Made by a program: the position numbers and the translations under genes. Positions 1-13,728 of a DNA stretch of 64,000 nucleotides are shown here, piece after piece. How positions within the stretch are numbered: the stretch's first letter is position 1; every line of letters starts with the position of its first letter. Below the pieces are notes generated by a model. The model saw only the letters and a list, made by a program, of their open reading frames with translations. It had not been told where the DNA came from and did not search any database. Source of the DNA: Zootoca vivipara (lineage: Eukaryota). The DNA lies in assembly GCF_963506605.1 (NCBI RefSeq), contig NC_083276.1, forward strand, positions 49,786,001 to 49,850,000. The letters are read 5' to 3'.

Positions 1-1013
1 AGTCATTAGAGACCCTGATGCATTGTTTACCTTTTAAGTGTAATCATTCTTGGCCAAGGTGACTGTTGAAGGATAGATGGGGGTTCTGTAGTGGTCTCAA
101 TCTTAGCTGAGATAGGTTAGCCATCCTACTCAACAAATTGCTTAGAGATCCCATAGATTGAATCCTTATTTTCAAAATTACCATGACAATAGAAGGTTTG
201 ACCAAGCATTAGTATGTTTGTCTTTGCTGACAGAACACAAAATGGGAGAATTTTATGGCATAATTACTTTTATTAAAGTGGACACAGGCATTTAACAGAA
301 TGAAATTTTGCCTTTGCATTCCTGTGGTACCTTTCCTACATGTTTATGGATTTAGGATCAGCTTATTTAATAGCTGCAAGCTTCTTGTACAGTGTGTATG
401 TGAATTATTTTGCTTGCTGCTTTCTGTACCCCTGGGATATGTTAAAGTATTGACTAATGTGATGCTCATTGCTTGTAGCTAGACAGCTCAGATATTTTCA
501 ATGTAGAAGTAAATGGGAAACTTAGCAGTCCAGTCTGCTTGTCATGTTGAATATAAAACCCTGGAGTCTTTGCGGATCTTAAATCATTTCAGTGTGCTGA
601 AGAGCATCCACATACAATAGTTACATATTGAGCAGCTTTCTCTGAGTATGCCAAGGACTTCTCTGAGTATATTTGGTACTTGGTAGTGTATATTAATAAT
701 ATTAACATATCAATACTTTCATATCTGTATATCCAAACAAACAAACAAACAAACAAACATATAAATCTTTCTGGTTATTCATTCTCCTTTTAGATGTTAA
801 TGGATCTCTTTTTCTCTTATTTGTCTTATTTGGTTACTTTTCTAAAAAGATCCAGGAGACTGCCAGTTGACAAATTCTGTCTGCCATTTCCTTATGGAGT
901 TATTATTCATATGTGGTTCTGAATATCCTTCCAGTTTTATATAATGACAGAATCAATAGGTAAAACCAATGCATTTCATTTACCAGCTTTGTTAATATTC
1001 TCCTTTGTGTTAT

Positions 1014-1276
1014 GTAAAAGGTAAAGGGGCCCCTGACCATCAGGTCCAGTCGTGTCCGACTCTGGGGTTGCGGCGCTCATCTCGCTCTATAGGCCAAGGG
1101 AGCTGGCGTTTGTCCGCAGACAGCTTCCGGGTCATGTGGCCAGCATGACAAAGCTGCTTCTGGCGAACCAGAGCAGCGCACGGAAACGCCGTTTACCTTC
1201 CCGCCGGAGCGGTCCCTATTTATCTACTTGCACTTTGATGTGCTTTCGAACTGCTAGGTGGGCAGGAGCTGGGACC
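1014..1276 (-). mobile_element. Sauria SINE, 5'-truncated
   Basis: AAAGGT tail repeats and a body matching the other copies. Confidence 0.9.
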
Positions 1277-2458
1277 ATACAAGTTTGGTTTATTTGATTA
1301 CCTCCTTTTGATGACAACTCTTGTTATTAAAATTCTTCCCTTTATTTGTCCAAGATGCTCTAGCTTTTTTGTTTTTGCTAAATAAAGCCACCTGAGTCAT
1401 TTTTTCCTTTTCTTCACTAATGAATGGATGTTTTTATTAGCTCACCTTTTCCCTAAAGTATTTAGAATATTCTTATTTCACCTTGGCAAGCTGAAGTCCT
1501 TCTATGTAGTTCTTTCTTTTCTTTTCTCAGTAGCTCTTTTGTTACTGCTGTCAGAAAGTGGGCACGTTCCTGCAGTCTAGGTTTCTCAAGCTGTCCAAAT
1601 CCCAGCCTCCCAGGATTTCTCCCCTGATGGTACAGATAAACTGTGTTAGTTTATTCAAAGGACACATTTGGAGCATATATTGACCGTTTCTTACAGGCAT
1701 CTATCCCAAGATACTATGAAGTCACACAAAACAGCTTTCAAAACTCTTTCTTAGGTAATAAAATGTGTAATGCCTATTCACTTGTGGCAAATTCGCAATA
1801 ATTTCTGAAAAACTCAAACCCTCTTTAGGTTTGTTTGTTTTTTGGTAAACATGTGAGTGGCAGGTGGGGTTAGCAGGGATGAGTGCACTAATTCTTTCCT
1901 CATTACTGTTTCATCACCCTCCACAAGTTGGAGGGAGAACTTCTGAAGCTGGGAGCCTCTGTGGACAGGAGAGTTACAGGATGGCTAGCCCCCTTGCCCC
2001 CTTTTTTCCTTCACAACATGAAGAATGCCTGGAGAGGGCTTTAGTGACTCACATTTTTTATATTCTAAATTATGATCAGCTGTAAGTTGGTGTTGTAATG
2101 TTGTTCACTGAATACCTAGAAAACAAATTTTTTAAAGATCACATTAGAGCAAGGGTGAGGAACCTTTGGCCCTGTGAGTGTTGCAGGACTACAATTCCCA
2201 CCATCGCTAACTGTTGTTGTCCAGTTGCTGGGAGTTATAGCCCAACAATTATCTGGAGGGTCGCCACTTAACCAACCCTGCATTAGAGGATATAACCTAT
2301 GCAAATAGGCACTTGGCAGAAATAAAATAGACTGGAAAGAAAATGCCAAAGTTAAAACAATAGCATCTTAGTCATACATTAGCAAACAGGTGAGGGGAAA
2401 GATTCAATTCACCAAATATCACGTGGTAATGTATGCTATAAAGAAGGAATAATAAGCA

Positions 2459-2459
2459 A

Positions 2460-2505
<46 letters not shown>
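2459..2505. repeat. (ATT)n microsatellite
   Basis: Seen directly. Confidence 0.95.
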
Positions 2506-3523
2506 TCAAAAAAAATTGAAAACAGAATTAGAAATGAGATGTAATGACTAACAGAGGGCCAGAAGACCAAGAAAGTGAATATACAAAAATAAACTATGAA
2601 AATGAAGCAAGAGCTGGAGGATGGATACATATAAAAGAAAATGACATTTTGCTTGAATATCTCTTCCCAAAATGACATATTTGCGACTGATAAGTAGTTG
2701 GATCAGCCTCTGCTTTCTACACCACATGAATAGACCCCCCCCCCTCAATGGAGCATTAAGAACCTCGGTCATTCAGAGTCTCCTCTGCTCCCAACCTCAG
2801 CCAGTCTAATGAGCCAGAATGAACAAGGATCAAGTATGCAAGTGGTCACTTTTACCTCTCTTAAGGACTCTACTCACATCCCCAGGCTGCAAAAGGTTAC
2901 CAAAATAAATCCATATGAACATGTCAGTCGGAGACAGTGTGAACACCCAAAAGCAATTCTGTAATTAATGTGGAGTCTGTCTGAGCGAATGAAGTTGTTT
3001 TATCCAAAAGGAGCTTTGCATATTGGTCACAACAAGCAGCTTAGGATGTTATTATTTCTCTTTGAGGGTCAGATTGCAACAGGTATTTTGCCTTTTGGAG
3101 CAGCTCCTCCCCAAAAATGTCATCCCTGAATTTGCAGGTTTAATTGGAAGACAGCACATGCTGATTTGTAATGTAATTTTAGAAGTTGGGGTAACACAAC
3201 TGGAATAGCCAGGTAGTGGGAGGAGAGCTGTAGTTCTACAACATGGCTGAGTGGAGAAGAGGAATAAGGGACAAGGCAGTTTCTCCATTTGCTCAATTGA
3301 GTAGGAGACAGAATGGCAAGAGAAACAGCCCCCTAACTGGAAATGAACGTAATATGACTGGTGACATGACTCAAATCTTAGTCACCAATTGGGACGATGC
3401 ACAAGGGAGGGATTTTTCCTATACTGTCTCTTTCTGTTATAGAGAAAGTGTATATGTGTGTGTGAAGACACCTAAGGTTCAAATTGCAGCTTACTTCAAA
3501 GATCTTGCTACTACTTATATATA

Positions 3524-3705
3524 CCGTATATTCCGGCGCATAAGACGACTGGGCATATAAGTCGACCCCCAACTTTTCCAGTTAAAGTATAGAGTTTGGG
3601 ATAGACTTGCAATATAAGAAATACGACCCGGTGTATAAGACGACCCCCAAATTATGAGAAGATTTTCTTGGGTTAAAAAGTAGTCTTATACGCAGGAATG
3701 TACAG
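3524..3705. mobile_element. Tc1/mariner (Tc2/pogo-type) MITE
   Basis: TA-CCGTATATTCCGGCG...GGAATGTACAG-TA with internal TATAAGACG-type repeats. Confidence 0.75.
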
Positions 3706-4346
3706 TAATCATGTTAATAACTTGGGAGCTGTAAGCTGTGTACATTATTCTCTTGTATTCTATTAAGGTATAGGGTTACTCTTACAGTTTGTAATGTTAT
3801 TGACTTCACTTTGTGCAAATAATTTTCTTCTATTTTGAGCTAGGTTTTTTTTTTTTTTAAGAAAAAGAGTGTTGAAGTTGTTAGCCTTAAGTGTTAAGGT
3901 TGGGTTGATCATTCTTGGAACTTAAAATCGGCTCAACACTACCTAGCCTTAAAGAGTACATTGAAGTTTAAGATGCTCTTAAGAACATAACACAATTTAA
4001 AATATGCTGTAAAGCTTTAGAGCAGTTCAAGTAGCTTAAAGATTTTAAGTAGCTCTCTGCTCTTGATAGGACCTAAATAGCTTAAGCTATTCCAAGGGAT
4101 CAAAACAATGTAAGCAGTGGTAGCATTGTTAACATCTTAAGTAGCTGAAATTCTAGGTTATCAGCATGGTTTAAATGGTTTGTTCAGTTTGTAGATTCTG
4201 ATTTTTAATCTCTCCAGTAAACTAACAAGCTTCATGTTTTGTAGAACATATATGCAATAAAATTGGACTGTGGTGCTTACAGTCAAATAATGCAACACTC
4301 TTTTTCTAGCCCGGAATGAGGCGATTTATATTTTTATTTACACATA

Positions 4347-4347
<1 letters not shown>

Positions 4348-4395
<48 letters not shown>
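4348..4395. repeat. (CA)n microsatellite
   Basis: Seen directly. Confidence 0.95.
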
Positions 4396-4397
<2 letters not shown>

Positions 4398-4837
4398 CCC
4401 CTGGGCAAGCTTAAGGTTTGCATCACCAATTCAACTGGCTTCAGTAAAAGGACTTGCTTCTTTTTCACATTTTATTTTGTTGGGTCAATTCAGTGCCTAT
4501 CGGTATCAAACTTTTCATGGCATCATTTAAAAACATGTTTGTGAGTTATCTTTAGCGTCTGAAAAATGTGAGAAATAAATACATATCGTCAACCTCATTT
4601 TGCAGGTTTTGAGGAGAAGCTGGGATTAGATTCCAGCAGCATGACCAGCTCCAGTGCTATAGACGTTTGCATTGTGGTGTGAAAATTGCAGGCAGTAACT
4701 GGATAGTGCCCATAGTCTTGCATACAATGCCCGGAGTAGTTCTGAAATAGTTCCCTTAAGTCTATGGAAAACAAGAATATGTGCATTTACACTAGTTCTT
4801 TAAAGATTACTACCTGGGCAACTTTGGGAGGAAGAGT

Positions 4838-4838
<1 letters not shown>

Positions 4839-4890
<52 letters not shown>
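4839..4890. repeat. (GT)n microsatellite
   Basis: Seen directly; inverted relative to the (CA)n about 450 bp upstream. Confidence 0.95.
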
Positions 4891-4892
<2 letters not shown>

Positions 4893-6514
4893 GTTACACA
4901 GTTGTGTCTCCTTTCAGCAGTGCCTTGCTGTTGAAGAAAATATTAATTTTTCAGAGTGAAATTGACTAGAGTAGAAGCTACTTGAAGTTGAATTCTGCCA
5001 CTTCATCACTGTGCATGGGGACTGGAAATGATTGCAATTAGGAATTAACAGACACTCTTCAAACAGCAAGAAGAAGCAGAAAAAGTTGTTGCTGGAAGTC
5101 CAGTACCGCCATAAAGCAATCCCTTCTACTGTGTATAGATTACAATCTGAGAAGCAGCCATGCTCTCTACTACCAATTATTAATATGATCCAGAGGAGAC
5201 ATCTCCCATTCATAATTTAGTGTATCTCAGAGGATTCTTGGAGGTGAATGTTTTTTGTTTTGTTTTGTTTTGTTTTAAAAAAGGTACGCCTTCAGTATCA
5301 ACTGTTTGGGCTTCTTGAGACTGAAGCAATGCAAAGCAAACTCTAGTCTAGAGGGTCAGTTTAATAAATGTTAAATATGGCACTGAACATAAAATCAGGA
5401 AGTTTAGCATTCAAGTCCAGCAAGTTTTTAGACCTCATGGCTCCTGAGAAAAGGTTAAAGTCATAGGTTTTTAAAAATAATAATAATAATAAACCAAAAG
5501 TGTGGATAGCGTTTCTAGCAGGCAGGAGGTCATACCTTCCCCATCATTTTAAGTCTCACCTCTTTACTATGTTTCCTGGTCCCTGCGCTTCCACTGTAGA
5601 ACACATTTTACCCCTTACAGTCCCTAGTTATAACATGAAAACTGGAATTATATTTACTGACAAGATTTCCTGGGTAAATGAATAAATGGATGCATATCTT
5701 TTTGGTTTATAGATTTGATTTCTGATCATGAAGGCACATTTTTAGTATACTTCCAGAAACGCCCTACAGCCATTCCATTTGTTGCTACTGCTGCTATTGT
5801 TCTGTGAATGATTTCGAACTATCCTCCCAAATCTCGCTTCATCTCTCTCTCTCCCTCTCTCCCTCTCTTGCTTTGCTTGAATGTAGGGCATCCTTACTGC
5901 CTTGGCAGGGGATTCTCACAAAAATGTTGTTTTGACACGACTAAATTTTCTATTCTTAAGCCTTGTTGGGTAAATTTGATCCAAGCAGTAGCAGGTGTGC
6001 AATGGCTGTTAGAAGAAGATACAGTATGCTGCTATTAAGGCAGTAAAATGTCAGTGGTCACCTATGCCTGTTGTGCTGGTCTTGATTTAAAAAACAGCAT
6101 GAGTTTGAACAGAATCCACTTGCTAATCCTATTTGTTTCGTTAGCATGCCTGTTTGTGCAGTCACTTACTGCTCAGCCAATTATCTTAACAGTATTGGCA
6201 TCCTTCCTAAAACAAACACCAAAACTGCAAGATATGGGCTTCTTGTTTCCTTTGCACAGTGTTTCTGTACACATGCACATTAGAAGGGAATGACTTATTT
6301 GGATGAGTGAAACAAGTCCACATTCTGCACATGATGGGTCTTAAGTGGAAGCTTTTGCATTAAGAATTCATTGTCTTCTTCTACCTTGAAGCCCATTCAC
6401 CACCTCAGCTCTCCAGACAGGCACAGCAATGGCAGTTCTTAGCTTCACCCAGAATGAAGACTATATCTTCATATGGCAATTCCAGGAATCTGCCTTGTGA
6501 CGTTAGGTCTGTAT

Positions 6515-9500
6515 CCTACTCGCTGGATCATCACATTGTCATGGTGAGTGGGCTTGCATGTTCCTATGACCCTTGTGAGCGAAGCCGTCGGGAATCTCGT
6601 ACTCCCAGCAGGGTCACCCAAGACGGTAAGGTCAAAGGGAAGGAGCTAGACAAAGAATGATCCAAGAAGTCCTCAACAGCAGAACAGGTGGATGATAACA
6701 GATGTTACAACAGCTGTGAAGGCGGATGAAGGCTGCAGCAGATAGGAATCTACTGGTTTGTCGTGACTACTTCATGCCATCGGAACAGAGCCCTACTGCG
6801 AAGACTGTGCGTTGGTCAGCGTGCACTGATCTACACACATAAAACAAAATCATGCACATGCGTCTTCCAAAAACCCAACCCAAACCCCAAAAGTCCCATG
6901 GCGATCGGCAAATGGTAATGGGGGCAGGATCGTGAAATCTGGAAGCCCCTAGTCATGAACCGGCACATGGGCGGTGGATGCAGATTCAATTGTTCTGACT
7001 CAAGGAACGAGGCAGTTGAGCAGCTCGGCAGCTGCATCCATGACTGAGCAGCCCTTTTTAGGATCCACTCTGCTCACCCCGAGAAGGGGGAGGGGATAGA
7101 AAAGGCGCCCTGAACATAGTCTGCCTCCCTTTCCCCCTGACTGGATTACCGCGCCCAGTGGGGTCACCACCTAGCAGTCGTAAAAGACAATTGAACTTTG
7201 GAACATGGAATATACGGACTTTGTCAGATAACACAGACAGCGAGCGTCCTGAACGCAGAACTGCCATCATTGCAAGAGAGCTGTGATGTTTTAACATTGA
7301 TATTGCAGCGCTTCAAGAGACTCGAAGAGCAGGCAAGGGACAACTGAAGGAAGAAAATGGAGGCTACAGACTCTTCTGGAAAGGTCTATCTGAACAAGAA
7401 CATTGAATACATGGGGTAGGCTTCACTATCAAAAACGACCTTGTGAAGCTCCTGTCAGAAGTCCCTACCAGCATTAATGAGCGACTCTCAACCCTTTGAA
7501 TAAAGCTCTCCAAAAACCAACAGGCTACTATTATAAGCGCTTCTGCACCAACACTGGATGCCGATAAAGAAAATTTTTACTCTCAGCTGGATACCATCCT
7601 ATCAGAGACACCTAAGGAAGATAAAATTATCCTGGGTAATTTTAATGCAAGAGTTGGGCGAGATTTCGATCTGTGGCCTGGGACTATTGGGAAAGAAGGA
7701 GTTGGCAACAGCAACCAGAACGGAATCTTACTTTTGATGATATGTGCAGCACACAACCTTGTTATTACCAACACACTCTTTCAACAGAAAAATAAATTTA
7801 AAACTTCATGGAGGCATCCTCGGTCAAACCACTGGCACCTCTTTAGACTATGTTATTGTCCGTGCTAAAGATCGCCGTGATGTGCTCCTTACCAGAGCAA
7901 TGACGAGCACTGTCGACTGCTGGACAGATCACCGACTAATACGCTCCACGATGGCTATCAAGATTATACCTCAACGCAGGCTTCAAGGACGGAAACCAAG
8001 GCGCAAAATGAACACTCAAGCCCTTCAAGACCCCATTAAGCGGGATTGCTTCCAAACGACTCTTAAGGACCATCTGCTTTCAGAATTCCCTGATAACATT
8101 GAGGAACACTGGACCAAACTAAAAAATCCATTATTGCAGCCTGTGAACAAACTTTTGGATACCAAACCAAGAAACACCAGGAGTGGTTTGATGAGAATGA
8201 CAGTGAGATTGAACACATGATTGACAAGAAAAGGAACGCCTTTCAGATCTGGCAAAGAGATAGAAACTGTGCCATTAAGAAAAAAACCTATGCCAATGCT
8301 AAGGCTGAGGTTCAAAGAAGAACCAGAGAAAAAAACACCTGGTGGATAAAAAAAGCTCAAGAGATCCAGCACTTAGCCGACACTCATGATGCACAGAGTT
8401 TCTTTAAAGCCACAAGGACCATCTATGGGCCAATAAATCATGGCATATGCCCCCTACGCTCAGCAGACGGTAACACACTTCTAAAAGATAAAGAAGCTAT
8501 TGTACTGCGCTGGAAAGAACATTACCAACATCTCCTTAACCGCAACTCCCCCATAGCTGCTGAGGTCCTCTCACAAATTCTGCAAAAACAAGTTAGAGAT
8601 GAGCTTACAATATCTCCAAATCTGGGAGAGTTGTGTATAGCTATTAACCAAATGTAAAACAACAAAGCCAGTGGACCTGATGGCATACCTGCCGAAATCT
8701 TCAAAGTGGGCAGAATTGAACTTACACAACAACTTCACAAGCTCATCGAAAAAATCTGGGAAAGAGAGGTAATCCCAGCAGACTTTAGAGATGCCAAAAT
8801 TATCAATCTCTTTTTTTAAAAAAAGGTGACAGAACTGATTGTGTTAACTATCAAAGCATCTCTCTATTAGCTGCGGCCGGCAAAATTCTTGCAAGGATCT
8901 TAGCAAACCGTCTGGTAACAATATCCGAGGTGACCCTTCCTGAATCCCAAAACAGTTTTCGGCCTTCTAGGGGGACAGTGGACATGATTTTCACCGCTCA
9001 ACAACTTCAAGAAAAATGCAGAGAACAAAACCAACCCCTGTATATGGCATTTATTGACCTGACTAAGGCTTTCGACACTGTAAATCGTAATGCCCTGTGG
9101 ACTGTCCTTCTGAAAATTGGCTGACCAGATAAATTTGTAAACATCATTCGGCTCCTCCATGATAATATGACAGCAACAATCGCAGATAACAATGGCTCTC
9201 AAAGTGAACCATTCACAGTGGGATCAGGTGTTAAACAGGGTTGTGTTATTGCCCCAACTCTATTCATTATTTTCATTGCCATGATCCTACACTTTGTCGA
9301 CGGGAAACTCCCCACCGGAGTAGAAATCATTTATCGAACAGATGGAAAGCTCTTCAATCTGAACAGGCTGAAAGCAAAAAATAAGGTTACCGTAACTTCC
9401 GTCATAGAGCTTCAGTATGCTGACGACAACGTACGGTAGTATGCGCATGCTCAGAGGATGACCTCCAAACCCTCCTAAATATCTTTGCAGAAGCTTACGA

Positions 9501-10441
9501 AAAGCTTGGCCTATCACTCAGCATGCAAAAAAACAAAGTGCTGTACCAACAAGTACAAAATAACCCCTCTGCAGCACCACAAATCCAACTCAGTGGTGTA
9601 ACGTTGGGAAACGTTGATCACTTCTCCTACCTAGGCAGTTACCTTTCCACAAGGGCCAACATTGATGCTGAAATCCAGCATCGCCTGAGCTCTGCAAGTG
9701 CGGCTTTCTCCCGATTGAAGTGCAGAGTGTTTGAGGACCGGGACATTCACGGGGAAACCAAAGTGCTTGTTTACAAAGCTATTGTACTACCAACCTTACT
9801 ATATCCTTGTGAAACATGGACCACTCATAAACGCCATCTCCAACTCCTCGAAAGATTCCATCAACGGTGTCTCCGAAAATTTTTACACATCACTTGGGAA
9901 GACAGGCGAACTAATATCAGTGTACTGGAAGAAGCAAAGATCACCAGTGTTGAAGCAATGATTCTTCAACATCAACTTTGTTTGACTGGTCATGTGTGGA
10001 TGCCTGATGATTGTCTTCCAAAGCAACTACTCTATTCCAAACTTAAAAATGGAAATTGTAATGCTGGTGGTCAACAAAAGAGGTTTAAAGACTGTCTCAA
10101 GGCAAATCTTTTAAAATGCAGTATAAACACTGACAACTGGGAAACACTGGCCTGCGAGCGCTCCAGTTGGAGAACAGCCTTTACCAAAGGTGTTATGGGC
10201 TTTGAAGAAACTCGATCTCAGGATGCAAGGGAGAAACATGCTAAGAGGAAGGCACGCTTGGCAAATCCACACTGTGATCAACTCCTGCCTGGAAACCAAT
10301 GTCCCCACTGTGGAAGGTGTGGAAGGACATGTGGATCCAGAATTGGCCTCCACAGTCACTTACGGACCCATTGTTAAAATCGTGTTTATGGAAGACAATC
10401 TTACTTGGCTATGAGTGATCGCCAAAGAAGAAGAAGAAAGA
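6515..10441 (+). mobile_element. Full-length decayed RTE-clade LINE (APE endonuclease, RT, C-terminal C2H2 finger)
   Basis: TWNIRTL endonuclease start near 7200; RT motifs (FIDLTKAFDTV, GVKQGCVIAPTLF, LQYADD); CPHCG...HSHLRTH finger; (GAA)n tail; 10-bp TSD AGGTCTGTAT at 6505-6514 and 10442-10451. Several stops and frameshifts. Confidence 0.95.
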
Positions 10442-10451
10442 AGGTCTGTAT

Positions 10452-10816
10452 CAGGGGTCCCCAGACTTACCAGGCTTTGGGCCGGTTCCCACCGCGCCGA
10501 TCGCGCGGCGGGCCGGAGGGCAGGGGAGTGCGCGCCGGGGTGCTTCCAGGTCGGAAAAAGCGCCAGAAATCGTTTGTGCGCATGCGTATGGGCCTCCCCC
10601 GACCCGGAAGTGCACCAGAAATGACCTCTTCTGGGTCGGGAGAGGCCCATACGCATGCGCACAAAGGATTTTCGGCGCTTTTTTCCGACCTGGAAGAGCG
10701 CCGCCGCGCTGCGCGCCGTAAGAGCGGGCAGCGGCGAGCGGCGGGGGTCGTCACGGGCCGGATTGGGAGGCCAATTGGGCCGCATCCGGCCCCCGGGCCG
10801 TAGTTTGGGGACCCTG
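10452..10816. mobile_element. Young CpG-rich hAT (Charlie-like) MITE with internal inverted repeat
   Basis: Termini CAGGGGTCCCCA...TGGGGACCCTG; perfect 8-bp TSD GTCTGTAT (10444-10451, 10817-10824). Confidence 0.9.
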
Positions 10817-11264
10817 GTCTGTATGGTATCCAGTTTGCTCTAGGTTTGCCTTTATTCTGAAAACCTGAAGCCTGCTTCAGTAGAGGTTAAATGTTCAGTT
10901 CACGAAGAGGCAGAATTGCAACTGTATATTTGTTTCCTGTAGATCTTGCCTCATGTTTAAATCTCCAGTTGTCCCTGATTTTTTAAAAATAATAATATGT
11001 GTGTCATATGAGCAGCAATAAGCATTTACCCCACAGCATGGAAGAGCTGCTCATGTGGAATGTAGCTGAGAATAATCAGGTTGCATATGTGATGCCAGAA
11101 AGCTACAAGTGTTTTCACCTGTTTCCAGAAAGAAACACAATTTGAATCACCTCTGCAGTTGCATTATTTACTCTGCCAATCAGTGTACCTGGGAAAGCAT
11201 GGAACAAGCATGGAATAAACAGTTATGGGACTTATCCTGGATACTCATTTGTTTTGGGGTTTTT

Positions 11265-11640
11265 TTCTAGGTTAGATTTCTGCAACAACTTATATGTGGG
11301 GTTTTCTCTGAAGATGGTTCAGAAACTTCAGCTAGTGCACAATTCAGCATCTAGGTTGCTCACCTGGGCAAGATGGTTTGAGCATATAACGCCAATCCTG
11401 GCCCTACTGCGCTGGCTGCCAGTTAGTTTCTGGGCCCAGTTCAAAGTGCTGGTTTTGACTTATAAAGCCTTAAAGGGCTCAAGAGTGCAATACCCCAAGG
11501 ATCGCCTCTCCCCATGTTAACCAACCCAGACCCTCCGACTGTCACCTGAGGCCATTCTTTTGAGTGCCTCCTCTGTGAGAGGTCCGGAGGGCGGCAACAC
11601 AAGACCGGGCTCCCCACTTATGGCTCCCGAGGGAGCTTGC
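11265..11640 (+). mobile_element. L2 LINE fragment
   Basis: ORF 11254-11520: SRLDFCNNLY.G...KLQLVHN...HITPIL..LRWLPV...FKVLVLTYKAL. Confidence 0.88.
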
Positions 11641-12584
11641 CTGGCACCCCCAATACCTGCACCCTTGAGCTCCACATCCTGGCTAATTACCATTTCCAGA
11701 TTAGTGGTCTGCTTTTAGCCACTTCGAAACAGTCAAATGATTGGTCCCCTGCTTTTTGCAAGGGCCAAAATGTTCTTGTAAAGTCCCCCTTCTTTCAGTT
11801 GGCAGTAGAGCAGCATTCAAAACTCCTATTGTTCTAGGCGCGGTTTGCGACTGGGAATTTCATTAATGCGAGCAGTTTCTGAGCTCTGGGAGCAGTACTG
11901 CGCCTAAGATTTCAGATTAGAACTGCCACTGGTGGAACGAAAGGAGGACCTTTTTCTTCCTCCCCACTTCTAGCCACTCTCTGAGGACTGGAGAAATAAT
12001 AGTAATAGTAATAGTAATAATAATTTATTATTTAAACCCCACCCATCTGGCTGGGTTTCTCCATAGTAACCCACATAGGAATATTGGGGGTGGGGCAGGG
12101 GATGTATGACTTTGTTTTTTGCAGTCTTCAGATGAGGACTAGACCATGTGAAAAATGAATATAAAATTTTAGCTGAAGTTCATTCATTTTCAGCTTTGTG
12201 TTCTTGTTATAAAAAAGCACGCCTGGACATTCCATTGCAGCGCCCATAACCTAGGTTTAAGGTGAAATTTAGCTCCTAGCTTTCATATCTCAGTTTCCAA
12301 CACTGCAGCAGAGTATAGAGGGGTGTTAAAGGCTGTGTTTACAGCATCCAGCAAAAAAAGCAGGGGAGGGATGAAAATGCTTATTTTACATTGTCTTGAA
12401 ACTATGAGGGCAAGTAATGACACTGGATTCTTTGCTTTCTTGCTAGTAGAGCAAACTTAGTTCCAGATCACCTATCTGAAAAGGTGGTCAATCTGTACCT
12501 CCTTTATTCTGGCTGGGATGGTGCAGTGAGGGAAATACAAGCTCGAATAATGACTGGATTAAGATCCTCCCTGCTGCCAGTATT

Positions 12585-12922
12585 CATACCTGCCAAGTCT
12601 CCCGCTGAAAAATGCGGGATCAGCAGCGGCGCAGCACCGAAAGTTGCGTAGAAACAACTTCCGGGGCCGCCCATCTTGGTGACAGCCTCCGCCATGCAGC
12701 CACCACCAAGATGGCCACCGGGCATGCATAGAAGCGACTTCTGGTGCCACTCTGCCTGATTTCCGGTGCCCACACATGGGAAGAGTGGCACCCAAAATGG
12801 AGGCTCCCTGGCAGGTAGGAAATCCGGGGGATTTCCGGGATTTTTCTCTATTCGGGAGAACAGCAGGAAACGGATTAAAATCCAGGGGTTTTCTGTGAAA
12901 AACGGGATACTTGGCAGCTAAG
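12585..12922. mobile_element. MITE with P-element-like termini, 338 bp
   Basis: CATACCTGCCAAG ... CTTGGCAGCTAAG; 8-bp TSD CCAGTATT/CCAATATT; CpG-rich interior. Confidence 0.75.
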
Positions 12923-13523
12923 CCAATATTTTGTGTTGGGAAGGGTGCCTGATAGAAGCTTATTATTTAGCCACAGGCTCTGCTGGAATACCTTGTTTGC
13001 TGCAGCCCAAAATTAAAAATGGGAAAGGAGGTAAGATAAAAATGCAGCGATTTTGATTTACATCTTCCTCGGATTTAAGTGACAGATGGCAACCTATTCC
13101 TAGTATCCTGCCAAATCACCTCGGTGCTCGCTTGTTACATTGAGACTGCAAATATGCTAGTTAATCTACAAGGGGAAAGTTTGAGAATTTGGAATGAAAC
13201 CTTCTACAGAGGCCTGCTATCTTGATCTTTTGTGCTTTTGACTGTCATAGCTGAATCTAAATTTGCATCCAGTAGGAATTGTTTTTATAGCATAAGCATT
13301 TTAGCGCCACATGTGAAGGTACCGGTAGCTTCAAAGGTTACAAATTTCTCTCGTGGAAGAGCATTTGTTGGGACAGTGTGGAAATTGTTACATGACACAG
13401 CTGTAGAGATGTTCAGTTGTTGTTCTCCATTTTGTTTATATGTTTGCACAGAGTACAAAACATGTGTGAGCGTCGCAAGTAACAATCTTCACACAGTTTA
13501 CAAATTTTTTCTGCACTGAAATA

Positions 13524-13728
13524 CAGAAAGCACCCCATTTATGCACGTTCAATATGTGTGCAACCATGTATTTGTACTGAACCTGGAAGTGACCCAGAAA
13601 CGTCATAAAGACGTCACTAAAAGGGCAGAATGGGATGTTTGCAAGCTTTTTCAATGAGTTTCAGTTATACACGATTTCCCCTATCCATGTGCCTCTGAAC
13701 ATAACCCTCACATAAACGGGGCTCTCTG
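13524..13728. mobile_element. Degraded Tigger-like MITE
   Basis: TA-CAGAAAGCACCCCATTTATG...CATAAACGGGGCTCTCTG-TA. Confidence 0.6.

Noticed and set aside
7744-10377. Long ORFs (158, 146 and 284 aa) as a host gene or active LINE
   Set aside because: They are pieces of one RTE ORF broken by stops and frameshifts.
10360-10843. Arg/Pro-rich ORFs on both strands
   Set aside because: They arise from the GC-rich palindromic hAT MITE.
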